Source: Phoronis australis (lineage: Eukaryota; Animalia; Phoronida). From it: DNA of 37,065 nucleotides. Both the position numbers and the translations under genes were made by a program. Below are positions 1 through 14,600 of the stretch, in pieces; the first letter of the stretch is position 1; each line of letters starts with the position of its first letter. Where the stretch lies: NCBI GenBank assembly GCA_002633005.1, contig NMRA01000005.1:1-37065 (forward strand), written 5' to 3'. The notes under the pieces are model-generated. The model did no database searches. It saw only the letters and a list, made by a program, of their open reading frames with translations, and was not told the origin of the DNA.

Positions 1-674
1 AGTTATTAGATGGTTATGCTAACGATTTCATTAAGTGAATCAACGAACCTGTTGTCAGGAAAATGCAATTGCTGCTGTGTTTGATGGAATTAGAAGAATT
101 TTAAGGACATCGACAAGGTGTCGTTCAAGGCTTGACAAGTCATTATAGCAGCGTGATTTTTGGTTAAGTGATTGAGAAGCATAATTTTCCGAAAATCCTC
201 CGTTGACATTTCTTTGTTCTTGGTGAATATGAACCTTACAGTCACAGGAACAAGCCAGTGGAGGAAGATGCTGACACGTCATTTCTAATTCAGATCAAAA
301 CTGCAGTCAAACTGCATGAACTGTGTTTATAATGTTCGCTCGCGTATAAGTTTCCATTCCTGTTGTCTGATTTTTCTATAATTCAAAATGGCTTGTTTTT
401 GCTTCGCATGGTTATAACGTACCAATTTTTATGTGCCAGTGGATAATTTCATCAACTTTACTGTGAACCAGAGCCTGCAAGTTTAAAATTGGTCATACAC
501 GGACTCCTCAATTTCATATTTGTGCACAGTGTGTGAGGCACAACCACGTGTCCAAGCATGCAGTTAGACAGCCTTACATATAAGAAAGGGCAAGTAACAG
601 GTGCTGTGGTTTTTGTTTTCCAAAAAGTTAATTTGGTTGCTGCGAACCATGGTTACAAGGAATGTCTTTGATAG

Positions 675-710
675 GTCCCGGGAGGTTCAATGTTAAGGGG
701 TTCAACTGTA
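675..710. mobile_element. Possible Tc1/mariner-pogo type terminal inverted repeat (one end only)
   Basis: Reverse complement reads TA-CAGTTGAACCCCTTAACATTGAACCTCCCGGGAC, resembling CAGTxGAACC termini with a TA target site; no partner end found in the window. Confidence 0.35.
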
Positions 711-827
711 CATTTCCTTCTGAATACAAAATATGTACAAGTACACAAAATGTTGTGAATTTTTCATGCTAAGATTTAAAAGTTTTTCTCTTCTCCAGAC
801 TGTTGTATATGGAATTATCTCCCCTTA

Positions 828-1980
828 TTATGCACCCACTTATTTATATGTGGTTGCATATTGTGGTCATCTATGTCTGGGTGTCCACCGTCCACAGCTG
901 TATCTCATAAACCCTTTACAGGATCTTGATGAGATTTGGCAGATGTTTCTATGAAGTTGACAACAGATGACGACTTTCAAACGGATCAGACTACAGGTGT
1001 GCCCCCTAGTGGCAATTTTAGTTCTTTACGTTTACCTCAGCATCTTCAAAGGTCCTCAACGCATTTTCATAAAATTTAGCAGATAGGCATCTGTTGTCCA
1101 GTTTTTGGATTGATTCTAGGTATTTGTGCCTCCTAATGGCTATTTTTACTGTTTTGAGCCTGTTTTTTGGTGTCTGCTTCTCTCTCAACCAAACCACTCT
1201 AAGGATGATTGTTGAAATTGGCATGCACGTTCCTAATGTAAAGAACAGGGCTGACGATGATTTTCCAATGACCTTGACTACTGTGGCGCCTCCTTGTGGC
1301 AATTTTGTTTTTTTAACGTCTATGGCTGTATCTCCTAAACCCCTCTGCAGGAACTTTATTAAATTTACCAAGTGTATTTTCATGAAGTTGACAACGAACG
1401 ACGACTTTCAAAGGGATCCGACAAACACTGTGTCCACTAGTGGCAATTTCATTTTTTTCCATTTTCCTCAGTTTCTCTGAAGCTGTTTATCGGATTTTTT
1501 AATGAAATTTGGTAAATAGCTTTCTACTGATACGATGACATGTTCCTGTTTTCAGATGGATTCGACATGGTTTGCGCCATCTAGTGGTAATTTTTTTAAT
1601 GTTTTTTAGTCTGTTGGCAACCGCCCCTCTATCAACCAAACCACTGCCACTCTAAAGATATATGTTCTTAGTATGAAAAGGATGGTTGACGATGATTTTT
1701 GATGGCTTCTAGTGCTGTGGCGCCTCCTAGTGGCAGTTATGTTTTTTGTGCCCATAGCCTTCTATTGGCAATTCTACTGATTTCCTGGGTTTCTCTGAGG
1801 TTCCATGACAGATTTGTATGAAATTTTGTAAATAGCTTTGATGACACCTGTTTTTTGAATGGATTCAACGTACTTTGCACCATCTAGTGACCATGTTTAT
1901 AATACAAATAAACACCCCTAGAAGCACACTGTTTGCCGTGCATTCGTGGGCGCATTTCAAAGCTCTGCATTGCTCTTATT
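828..1980 (+). mobile_element. Helentron-associated non-autonomous element (HINE/DINE-1-like), copy A
   Basis: 5' TATGCACCCAC with hairpin, ~150-bp internal repeats, 3' GTGGGCGCAT sub-terminal inverted repeat and TTCAAAGCTCTGCATTGCTCTT end. Confidence 0.75.
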
Positions 1981-2602
1981 GTATATGGAATTTTCTTGTT
2001 TGGAAACAAATGGGAAGTAAAGAGGCATGTCAAGAAGTCACCAGTGATTGATAGGCTTCAGTACAATTTAATGGTTGTTCAAAAGTCATGTCAACCTAGT
2101 TGTATCCCACTGGGCCACACTGCTAGACCCTTGAGTACAACGTGTACCAGACCGCCTGCAGTTATTTTTATTTTAGTTGTCTCATGAATATCACGTTAAG
2201 GCCATGAGTAGACAGGAGATTGCCACAAAAACACAGGTTGTTTATATTCAAAACTTGTCTGGTAGTCATACAGGAAACTAGTAATAGTAAGAAACTGCCA
2301 GGTAGATACAGATAGACATATGTACGATCAGTGGAGTAGCATTACAAAATAGGGATAAACAACAAAATGAATTTAGTGTACTCCATTTCATTCATTTATC
2401 ATGGAACATCATCTATGATATTACTTTTGAGGGGACTAAGGAAGCCAGAATTGTATTCATTGGCAATTGTATTAAAACAAAAATTTGCTGCCAACATACA
2501 TGAATGTTACGTGATCTGTTTTTGATCATAGTCACAAGGTCATCTTAATAATTTGGTTTTTGTTGAGGCTGTGCACAATAATTTTGCTATTTTATCTTTC
2601 AG

Positions 2603-2667
2603 GCAATCTTCGTGCTGACGAGGAAGAAAGCAATGAATGAAACGATTCTAGACAGTGTTTTTTACAG
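2603..2667 (+). CDS. SORCS: SorCS exon 1 of window (AIFVLTRKKAMNETILDSVFYR)
   Basis: tttcag acceptor and AG|gtatgt donor; ends phase 2 and joins R-SSDYG of the next exon. Confidence 0.8.
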
Positions 2668-5600
2668 GTATGTGTTTATTTTTAGTTTACGTAGTCTTTC
2701 CTTAGATTTATTGAATGTACAGTACAAGCCAAAGTGTTCTAATAAAGTGACCCGAAATTCCCCATTATGGCGACTGGTTGGAAGCCAAATTCATTGACTG
2801 AGTAGTCTTCTCTTGTCACCGAGAATGATGTTGACGTAACAGGAAAGTTGGTAAGGCCATTCTGTAATTAGAATTTGCCACCCTTATAGTTTTTACCAGA
2901 CATTTTTGCAGTTAACAGAATTGACCGTCGTGATGGAAAAACTGTATTTTGTCTGATTGCTTTTGTTATGCGCCCACATATTTATATGCCGTCATCACCG
3001 TCCGGCGTCCGTCTGGCGTCCGTTCAGCGTCTGCTGCTCTATCTCCAAAATCACTTGACGTGTGTTCATAAAATTTAGTACATGTGTTGCTTCCATGGAT
3101 GGGACGGCATGAGCGAACTTTCGGACAGATCTGACTACCGGTGTGCCCCCTAATGGCAATTTAAGTTTTTTACGTTTACCTCTGTATCTTCAAAGGTCCT
3201 CAATGCGTTTTCATAAAATTTAGTATATAGGCACCTATTAGTGGGATGACACTTTCCTCCCGTTTTCGGATGGATGCGACGTAGTTTGCGTCACCTAGTG
3301 GCCATTTTTAGGGTTTTCGGGTGTGTTTTTTGATGTTCACCCCTCTATCAAACAATCTGCTCTAAGGATGATTGTGAAAATTGGCATGTATGTTTTTACT
3401 ATGAAGAGGATGGCTGACGATTTTGTTCTGACAACTTCCGACTACTGTGGCGCTTCCTAGTGGCAGTTTTGTTCATTTTGCGCCTAAGGCTGTATCTCGT
3501 AAACCGTTTGCTAAATTTAGCAAGTGGATTGATATGATGTTGACAATGGACGATGACTTTCAGACAGATCTTACTGATGTGCCCCCTACTGGCAATTTTA
3601 GTTTTTTACGTTTACCTCTGTATCTTCAAAGATCTTTGACGGATTTTCATAAAATTTTGAATATAGGTATCTATTGGTGAGATTACGCTATCCGCCTGTT
3701 TTGAGATGGAATCAAGGTATTTTCTGCTACTCAGTGGCCATTTTTGATGTTTTCGAGTCTGTTTTTTAGCATCCACTCATCCATCAACCAAACCATTCTA
3801 AGGATGGTTTTGAAAATTGGACAGTTGTCGATGACGATTTTGACTGCTGTGGTGTCTCGTAGTGGTAGTTTTCTTTTGTTTTGTTTTGCGCCCATAGCTG
3901 TATCTCCTAAAGTCACTACATCATCTTTATTAAATTTAGTAAGTGTATTTATATGAAGCTAACATCAGGCAACATCGACTTTAAGGTGGATCCAATTAAC
4001 GCTGTGCCCCCTAGTGGCAATTTCATTTTATTCCTTTTTCCTTTGTTTCTCAGAAGTTCCTTGACAGATTTTTATGGAATTTGGTGAATAGCTTTCTATT
4101 AAAGAAGCAATGACATGTTCTCAATTTCGAATGAATTGGACGTGTTTGCTCCATCTAGTGGCCATTTTTTATACAAATAAATGATCATTTAAGCACACCA
4201 TTTGCGTTGCATTCGTGGGCACATTTCAACGCTCTGCATTGCTCTTGTTTTGTACTGTATATTACATTGCAATTATTTACTGCAACTGAGGTTGTTAAAA
4301 ACATTAGAAGTTCTCAAAGTTATTGACTCAGCCATGGCAGATAAAAGTTGTGCTGAAACTTAATTTTATGGTATGTCTGTAACTGCCTGATTCCTCTTAT
4401 CTTTATGGTAAGAGGTGACTTGTAACATTTGTTGATTATTTTCACCTGTAGTTTTGTGACAACTAACTAGGACAAGGAAGGCCTCACTCATGACCAAACA
4501 GGTTTTTTGTGTGGACGGTTCATAGGCGAAGAAACTAGAACACTATATATCTTTTGGCATATTCAGAAGAAAAAACCTTCCAGGTTTAATTACAATAGAT
4601 TTCGAACCGTTTGATTCGTTATCATGGGATAGTATTTTTAATACGCTGTCCCTTTTTGGATTTGGTGACATATTCAGTAAATGGATTAAAATTCTTAATG
4701 AATGGATCAAGCCTGTGCATCATCAGGCCTTCATGCAGTGTATGTCTTGGCACGAATCTGGACGCCTTTGCCAAGGCTGCCCAACATATCATTTGGAAGC
4801 CCACTTGTCATTCAGAATTTCACCAGTTTGGACACACACATTGTAAGATTACTAGGACTACCAGTTGATGAAAGATGGGTGATAGTTCAGGAGACAAATG
4901 TTGGCCCTTTCAACTCAGAAAGTAATATACAGTGTATATATAATGTTGCAATGTTTAAACTAGGTTCAGTATTGAGAATACCTGTCAGTCATTAGCATGT
5001 GTTTGATTGCCATTGTGTATACCACTGTAGTCTCTGCTTTCAGTGGTCATCTCTCTAATTGTAATTCAGTGCTTTATACAAGGATACCGACCTTAGTTTA
5101 CTCCAAACTGGTGTTTCAGAGCTGTTGTAGTTTAATGTTTTTAATCTTTTTTTAAAACGTCATAAGCGAAATAAATGTCATGACATTATTTTACAATATA
5201 TTGTGCCAAAGAATATGCTCATTTAAAATGTTTGAGTTTGCGCCCATTTCATGCTTTTCTATGTGCGTTTTAATATGGAGCAGCAGTGACACCTGTTGCC
5301 AAAATATAAACCAGACATCATCTGTGCATTTTTCTTGTGTTGGCAACTGCAGCTCTGATGACTAGTTAAGATGATGTGATAAACTTTATAACAGCAATTT
5401 GAGATCACCAAAAACAGTGCACTCATCGTTCAACCAATATCTCTTATACCTGTAATATATGTGTGGTAAGCTATTTGGCTGTTTTCATCAATTTAGACAT
5501 AAAAGAGTTGATCCAGTTTTTTAGTATAAAAACTCGCTACTCAACAAGGGAGCTAAGATGTAAAAGCCTTGTTCTACGCATTTTTTGTAAAAAAACCTCA

Positions 5601-8600
5601 CTATGTATGGGGGACGGAGTTACTGGTGAATGGTGGTAGGGGGTGGGGGTAACGCGTCGTTGGAATCATGGACGCCCCGGAATATTAGGTGCCCTATTTT
5701 GGGCACCCTATTTTCAAAATCCTGGATAAAGCCCTGTACGTCATGCAAAATGGAGTATCTTCACAGTTTCAGATACACGGACGCTGCAAACGGGGGGGAC
5801 CCGATTTTTCCGTATCTTTTTATTTTGTGCACCAAAATTCTAGGAATACTTTTTAGGAAAAACAATGGAATAAAAGAAATCAGGGTTGGTGACTGCGAAA
5901 TTAAGTTAATTTAATATGCAGATGATACAGTTTTTGGTCTAGATGGCTCAGACAAATCACTTGAGAAAGATTGTGTTTGGTCCAAGAGACCCTTACAGTC
6001 GTAGGAAAAATATGTGTTATTAAAACGTTATTAATTTCCAAATTGACACATCTGTTCTTAAGTCTCCCATCCCCTGAAAAGAAATTGTGCAGAAAATCGA
6101 CCGTATGTTTCACAAATTTATTTGATGATATAGAAATGAAAAAATTTCCCGAAATCTCTCATGTCAAAATTTCTCCAGAGGGGGAGCAAACATGATACAC
6201 GTTCACTCTTTCGTAAGTCATTAAAAATTACATGGATAAAGAAAGCTTTACAGAGTTCTGGTTCAGCTTGGAACGTATTTCTTTTTGAACGCTATTTGGA
6301 TAACAAAGCACACTTCAGTCAGATGGAAGATGCTTATTTCAAGCATTTAGCAGGGAGATGTAAGAACTTTGGACAGATGTGTTTAATTCAGTATATTATG
6401 AATTTTATCACTTTTGGCTTACAAATACACCACAAAATTTTGAAATTTATCAGCCTTGTGGTTTCTAATATCTAATTCTAATATCTTGATTGATCATAAA
6501 CCTGTTCACATTCGATCCTGGAATGAAAAAGGCATGAGATTTGTTTGTGATTTATGTGAGAATGGACAACTCAAGCCTTCTTTCTTAGCCTTTTAGAGTT
6601 TATGGGGAAGTGTTAGACAGTTACTTAAATGCAAAGAGGTGAACAATTTTCAAGCAAAATTTCCACAATTCCCAGTGGCATGAAATAAGAAGGGAACTCG
6701 GGCTTTTTGTAAGATTTTTTTGGAAAATTTATATAAAAGGCCAAACTTTTTATTGCGCCACCAGGTCATGCGGTCGTCTGCGTCCTACACTCGACTGTCG
6801 ACAGAAGAAATAACTGTTAGAGACTGTATGTACATACGTCTCCTCCAAAAATTAGGGAAGCGCAAGGAAAATGGGTGCTGTTACAGCCATACAAACTTTT
6901 TTGGTCGACAAAAGTTTACACCCAATAGGAAACCTAGTTCGTCAGCCCCGATGATGATGAATATGTTTTCAATTTTGGTTATTTATAACATTGTTAGAAG
7001 CATTGGAAAAATGAAAAAAGAACAATTCTTGGCAATTATTTTGTCCCAAATTGACTTTACTGTACTTACAAAACAAAGCTTTGTTCACTTTGCGTCATGT
7101 CAGAATGATTTGCTTGTCCAACCAAGTACATTTTATTTGTATTAAACTTTTATTATTATTTATTGTTATTTCCAGATCAAGTGATTATGGGACAACATTC
7201 AAAAAGTGCGTATTTCAAGAGACCAACCCGATCATCAGTATGTTTTACCTGACTAAAGACAAATCCAAGGTACATTGTTTGCTAGATGTCCCATTCCGAA
7301 TCGCTTAATTCTCAGCAGTTTAGATTTGAACAGCACTCAACCACTGTGCTTAGTTTTATGACTAGAGGTCTGGTTCATGAAAAGTGACTTCAGACTTAAA
7401 GACAGAAATTTGGTCTTACACTCCACACAACTATATCTGAATTTGAATCTCACTTGAGGAAAAGTGCAAATTCTCTGAGATATACACCTAACTGCTAGCT
7501 ATACAGTTTCTATGGATTATTTCTTGACTTTGATGCACACTTTGCTTAACTTTCATTCAGCCATAGTGAAGTGGGAAGTCAACGTAAGACCAAATGTTTG
7601 TATCAAGCTTTGTGACTTTCCTGGAACAGGCTCCATCGTCTTTTGTTTGGGCATAGCACTGTCTGTACTCTACACAATAGAATGACATGACTTGTGCACA
7701 TAGCACTGTCTGTACTCTACACAATAGAATGACATGACTTGTGCACATAGCACTGTCTGTACTCTACACAATAGAATGACATGACTTGTGCACATTACAG
7801 CCCAATCAGAAATCTTGTCTTAATGATACTCTAAAGAATGTGGAGATATTTGAATAGGGGACTGCATCATGAAGCACTGGAGATGGGATCGTCCATTTAG
7901 TGGTTCAACCATGCCATATGTAGATTTTGCAATAAAAATTATAGTGAATAGATTTTAATCATGATATACGTTTTTAACCGTTTACAATTAATGCTCCCTT
8001 TAGTAAGCAGAGCCAGACTTAACTGGAAGATATCCAAGTTTCACAGTGGTGATGAATCGACTAATAACTTAAAAAGTGTGGTAACCAATGAACAAGGTGG
8101 GATGAGGGGGGATCATGCCCTTTATCCACACGAGTGATAATCTAATGTTGCAAGAAGGTTGACAGAAATTCATAAAAAAACTGAGTGTGTTGAATTATTC
8201 ATCGTGTTCGTAATACGGCATAATACATGGTTATGCTAGCTGCAAAATGGCTCCTCTGGAATTAATGAATTCTGTGGTACTTTCTTGCAGATTATTTTAA
8301 CTGATGAAAGATATCGCAAGATCTATTACACTACAGATGAAGGCTCCAGCTTTGTCTCTGTACAAGTCAACTTTGTGCCAAGCAAAATCTTCCCACACCC
8401 AACTAAATCAGACTGGCTGCTGGCCCACTCCTTTCAAGCATCTGAGGTAATACAAGAAGTAGGAGGTTATGATGTTGAAACTCCCCTTACTTGGCATCTT
8501 CTCTTCCATTTGGGATATTGAACTTCCTAAAAACACATCACCTGTCATTTTTTGTATTGAGATGAGAGCATTTATCATAAGAATATTATTCCCATAAGTT

Positions 8601-11600
8601 TGTACGCCATAAATATTCATTTCTTAACGACCAAAATTCAAGGTGACACGACACCAGATGTCTTAAAGATAATTATTTTTTGCCACAGAAATCAAGATAG
8701 TTTTACTGTCACTGCCACTAAAAATATGTGAGGTGTCCAGAAAGCCATCTCAAGTTTGGTAGGTCAGCATGTGAAAGATATAGATGGCCACAGGCTATCA
8801 ACTTCAGACATTGAGAAACTGCACATTTATGACCATTTGATTTTTCTACAAATGATGTCCAGTATTATAAGTTATTTTAGGCGACAGCATTGCCAAAACA
8901 TCCAGAAATTCCATAATTATTTTCTTATATAAAATATTGCTTCGATAACCATATTATCAAGTTTATTAATAAAGTATCTGTCAATTCTCTTCATCTACAT
9001 TCCTCTCGTTTTTTGTAATGACTTTGACCAACCTTCAGATATTTCTTATTATGCAGATTACGTTATGCTGTGTTCATAAACTACTCCTGGATAAGCATTA
9101 AGTAGTTATTAAAATGCCTCGTTTTCCAGCTGTATTTCTCAATGGATCTGGCAAAGACATGGACGAAAATCCACAGCTATGTCAATCGTGCTGTTTTCTG
9201 GTAAGCAAGAGACGACATTTGTTTGCTCTAAATGCATTCGTGATTAATTTATTGTAACAGTGAAGATTATATTTTTAAGATTAAAGAATATCATTTCACT
9301 TGGCACTTTCACTCCTGACGATTATGCATTTCACTTTGCCTAGAAGTCTGTGATTGAGGATTTCTGCTTATTTTAGGGAAATCCCTGGTATTGGTAAGGA
9401 TAACACCACTGTGCATATGGAAGTTAGGAACCCATCAACAGGTATAGTGAAATGTAGGCCAGCTAGAGCTGTTAGCGTGGTTTTAAAAGTGAAATTATCT
9501 GCATGTTTTCTGCTAGTTTATATGGCATTTGTTGTTGATTTGTGACAAGTCAAACAGCAACTGCTTGACATAAAAAATCAACCAACCTCAAGCTTAAATT
9601 GATCAAGCTTACAATGGAGGCATTAGCCACACAAACAATACATGACCTCTCATACAGAATAAGGATTGTTAATTTGTAGTATTAGTAGACTAAAGCATTC
9701 TTAGAGTGGTTTTTAGATATTTTTGAAATGGCACTGTGTTAGGTTTAAAACCGTTACATTTTTCTGTCTACGATTGATAGTTTTTTCAAATTGCATTTCA
9801 GGAGAAAACTTCTACAAAACCTGTTGTCATCCATACAGTGGCTGTGACAATAAGCCTTATGAAGACATTGGGAGAGTGGACTCAGGCTCCCTTCTTGTTC
9901 AGAACGAATACATATTTGTGGAGGTTTGTTTAGTTTGAGGTTGAAATCGTGGGACCTATTTGTCTGCAGTCATGTGTCCTATTTATCTGTTGTAAACCTG
10001 TTTGATTCAAGTTTGTATTCTCACAAGAGTTTGTGTTCTCCATAGCAGAAAATTCTAATGTGTTGGAGGTGTGCAAAGGCCAACAAATGTTCAGAAGCGT
10101 ATGATTGACGTTCTCTGTAGTGCAAATCTGGTTGGAGTTGCACTAATCTCAAATGGATTTTTACCTGCCTCGTTGCCTACTAATTGGCGGTCAGTTCCAT
10201 TGGGTTATAGCCAGTTGTAGTTAAATCTATAATTTTAAGCAGTAAAGACTTTGTCTAGGATAGTGATGCCTGTTTCCAAGCTATTTTTCAAACAAGTCAC
10301 TTGCGATTCAGACATGTCCCAAGTGTTGTCAAATTAGACCTGGCAACACACTGCAACTGGTTGTTGAGAACACTGAGATTTTAAAAGTTTGTTCTAAAAT
10401 ATTGTGATAAAGTTTTCTGCATTAAACACAGTTAAACTTGCAAAGGTAATACTTTGAATTAATTTAATTTATCTAAGTTCTAACATTGTTGGTTTTACAA
10501 TTTACTTAATACTCGCAGGGAAAAAAACATAGAATGCAATAGACAAAGAATCAGTACTGGTCATCATCTGTTGTCACTTTCCCGTGTGCTTTATTCCAGA
10601 AAACAAGTGATTTATCCAGCAAGCTATTTGTGTCTTATCGGCGAAATTCTTTCAGAGAAGCCTACTTCCCACTCACCCTTCACTCCCAGGTAAGTCATGT
10701 TGTATATACCTCTTTGTTTCCAAACAACTGACTCCTTTTTGAGAGGCCCCTCATCATGCGTTCTGGTTGTTACTGCAATTTGTACTTTGTTCTTAAATGT
10801 GAAAAATGTAACAGTAAACTTTTACAAACATTTATTCCCAACTTTTAGAAAGTATTTGCGTAATGATTACGTTGTTGTTTCTTGGTAGCTTTTGGGAGAT
10901 TTATGTTTCTAAGACAACACAAATAGACATTATTGGTTTTACAGCTGAAAATGCATTTTGGGGATTATTGTTGGATGGGATAGATATCTTGAAGTCGTTA
11001 CCTCTGACTAGAGTTATAAAACCATAAAATTGTTTCTGCGATTTTATTTCCAACCGCCAATTCTCACCATTGTCTTCCTGACATTCGCTGAAATTGAAGC
11101 TGGTAACTTTAACACACTTAAATATTCATCAAGTGTGTTATAGCTTTGATAGCAAAGTGTTATGTCGTGACCACAAGGATTCCAGGTTTGATTCTGCACT
11201 GGGGCTGATCTCAGAAAAAAACACTTTTTTGTCAATAATATCCCGTAAAGTTGGCACTGATCCCATTTTGTGTAAGTCATCACATCTCATGTATTCTAGC
11301 ATAATTGCTCATTGTACCTCTTCCTAGGACTTTCTCATCATGAGCACATCCGAACACCAGGTGTTTGTAGCGGTCAACCATAACAACACAATGGTCAACG
11401 TGTACATGTCGGACCAAACTGGACGCTACTTTGTCAAGTCTCTGGAGAATGTCTTGCCTTTTGCAACCAAATACGGGCAGTTTGATGTTGACCTCCATCA
11501 AGTAAATTGTCATCTATTTTGACTGTACTGAGCATCGTGTACATAGATATGATCTGCACCAGTTAAGTTGGTGACTCGATATTCTTTAAGTGGTGTTGAT

Positions 11601-14600
11601 GAAGAAAGATAACTCTTTATATCATCTGAAACTACTTCATCAACTTGAGGCATTTGTGTGATATGAGTCCCTTGTGATGACCTGAATCATGTACGTCAAC
11701 AGGTCGTACCCATATTTCAATAGCGCCACCCATTGAATTTTGAGTTACTCATGTCTGTTTCACTTATAGATGTAAGTTCACAACTTTCTTCCCAGTTGGC
11801 AGAGTTGACAAGAAACCATTCTTTGTCAAAGGGCTAGATGGGTTTGAAAGAAGGGAGACATTTTTGGTTAATCCAAGAAAAGGTGGCAGTAGAAATATTG
11901 TGTGAACTATTCCTTAGATATTGTTAGGTCCTAGATTCAAGCTTCTTATACATACAAATGCCATTTTGATTGATTTTGCTCAACTAGCACATTGAATTTT
12001 GTTAAAAGCCAGGGCAGAGAGAAAGCCATGTGTCTCTAATGCAAATTAGCTCGGCTGTTACCTCTCATCTGTGGCAAAATAAACTGAGTATGTTGCCTAG
12101 AAAGGCAGTGAGGTGAGTGTCTCACTTGCTGGATTTCTTTTACCTAGCGAGCGTAAGTTCCCACTGCAAGTGGGCGAAGTAAGCTAAGTGCTTGGCTGAT
12201 TACCATCAGTAGGCAATAAAAATTAATTATTGCATCATCTGATTACAGCAAACTTCTCAGTATTGCTTATTGTAACTGTTTGCTACATTTACGCTGTTTA
12301 CTACGAATGTAGTTTACAGGTCATTCAGCATTTTCACTTTTAGGCATGCAGCTCAGCTCAAAGGAGACACCACGATGACCCTAATATGCAGTGTTCTAAT
12401 TAGATAGTGACTCGTAGTTTTGAATGCCTTACAATGCTAAGAGAGGTCACCTACCCTTGCTTCCCATTATAAGTTCTGGCTCAGCTCGCCAAAACTAATG
12501 CTTTATGCTGTTGTGTTGCCCAGACATAAAATAGCTATTTTTGTAAGTGCACTCTTTCAGAATATAGACTTTATGGTAACATTTTCCATAAAAACTACAT
12601 GGCACAGGTACGTAGGCGATAAAATCTTGTAGATGTCATAAGTAGATCCGAGACTTTCGCACCACACCCTGCTCAAGTTTAAGACAGGCTCTGTGTCCAC
12701 CATAATTTTTCCTGTGTTTGTTGAGGTTATACTATTATATCAGTCACAAGTGAAATGTCATTTATTGTTGTTTAGGTAAAGAGCATGCCAGGCGTATTTG
12801 TAGCTAACATCTTGGTGATGACGATGAACAAGCTGTCTACACCCATCCTCAAGACGGTGATTTCATTTGACAAGGGGGGAAGCTGGAGACCAATTCCTGC
12901 CCCCCNNNNNNNNNNNNNNNNNNNNNNNNNNNNNNNNNNNNNNNNNNNNNNNNNNNNNNNNNNNNNNNNNNNNNNNNNNNNNNNNNNNNNNNNNNNNNNN
13001 NNNNNNNNNNNNNNNNNNNNNNNNNNNNNNNNNNNNNNNNNNNNNNNNNNNNNNNNNNNNNNNNNNNNNNNNNNNNNNNNNNNNNNNNNNNNNNNNNNNN
13101 NNNNNNNNNNNNNNNNNNNNNNNNNNNNNNNNNNNNNNNNNNNNNNNNNNNNNNNNNNNNNNNNNNNNNNNNNNNNNNNNNNNNNNNNNNNNNNNNNNNN
13201 NNNNNNNNNNNNNNNNNNNCCAACCGCCAATTCTCACCATTGTCTTCCTGACATTCGCTGAAATTGAAGCTGGTAACTTTAACACACTTAAATATTCATC
13301 AAGTGTGTTATAGCTTTGATAGCAAAGTGTTATGTCGTGACCACAAGGATTCCAGGTTTGATTCTGCACTGGGGCTGATCTCAGAAAAAAACACTTTTTT
13401 GTCAATAATATCCCGTAAAGTTGGCACTGATCCCATTTTGTGTAAGTCATCACATCTCATGTATTCTAGCATAATTGCTCATTGTACCTCTTCCTAGGAC
13501 TTTCTCATCATGAGCACATCCGAACACCAGGTGTTTGTAGCGGTCAACCATAACAACACAATGGTCAACGTGTACATGTCGGACCAAACTGGACGCTACT
13601 TTGTCAAGTCTCTGGAGAATGTCTTGCCTTTTGCAACCAAATACGGGCAGTTTGATGTTGACCTCCATCAAGTAAATTGTCATCTATTTTGACTGTACTG
13701 AGCATCGTGTACATAGATATGATCTGCACCAGTTAAGTTGGTGACTCGATATTCTTAAGTGGTGTTGATGAAGAAAGATAACTCTTTATATCATCTGAAA
13801 CTACTTCATCGACTTGAGGCATTTGTGTGATATGAGTTCCTTGTGATGACCTGAATCATGTACGTCAACAGGTTGTACCCGTATTTCAATAGCGCCACCT
13901 AGTGAATTTTGAGTTTGTACTCATTTCAATGTCCCAGTTGGCAGAGTTGACAAGAAACCATTCTTTATCAAAGCGCTAGATGGGTTTGAAAGAAGGGAGA
14001 CATTTTTGGTTAATACAAGAAAAGGTGGTAGTAGAAATATTGTGTGAACTATTGCTTAGATGTTATTAGGTCCTAGATTCAAGCTTCTTATATTACAAAT
14101 GCCATTTTGATTGAGTTTGCTCAACTAGCACATTGAATTCTGCTAAAAGCCAGGGCAGAGGGAGAGCCATGTGCCTCTAATGCAAATTAGCTCGGCTGTT
14201 ACCTCTCATCTGTGGCAAAATAAACTTAGTATGTTGCCTGGAAAGGCAGTGAGGTGAGTGTCTCGCTGGATTTCTTTTACCTGGCGAGCGTAAGTTCCCA
14301 CTGCAAGTGGGCGAAGTAAGCTAAGTGCTTGGCTGATTACCATCAGTAGGCAATAAAAATTAATTATTGCGTCACCTGACTACAGCAAACTTCTCTGTAT
14401 TGCTTATTGTAACTGTTTGCTACATTTGCGCTGTTTACTACGAATGTAGTTTACAGGTCATTCAGCATTTTCATTTTTAGGCATGCAGCTCAGCTCAAAG
14501 GAGACACCATGATGACCCTAATATGCAGTGTTCTAATTAGATAATGACTCGTAGTTTTGAATGCCTTATAATGCTAAGAGAGGTCACCTACCCTTGCTTC

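Noticed and set aside
1018-1480. 121-128 aa ORFs and similar ORFs at 3447-3956, 21537-21722 and 27398-27661
   Set aside because: Chance frames within HINE repeats, not kept open between copies
6720-7145. 141-aa ORF
   Set aside because: No recognisable motif, non-ATG start, intronic AT-rich sequence
12772-13453. Long ORFs containing X runs
   Set aside because: Artefacts of translating through the N gap
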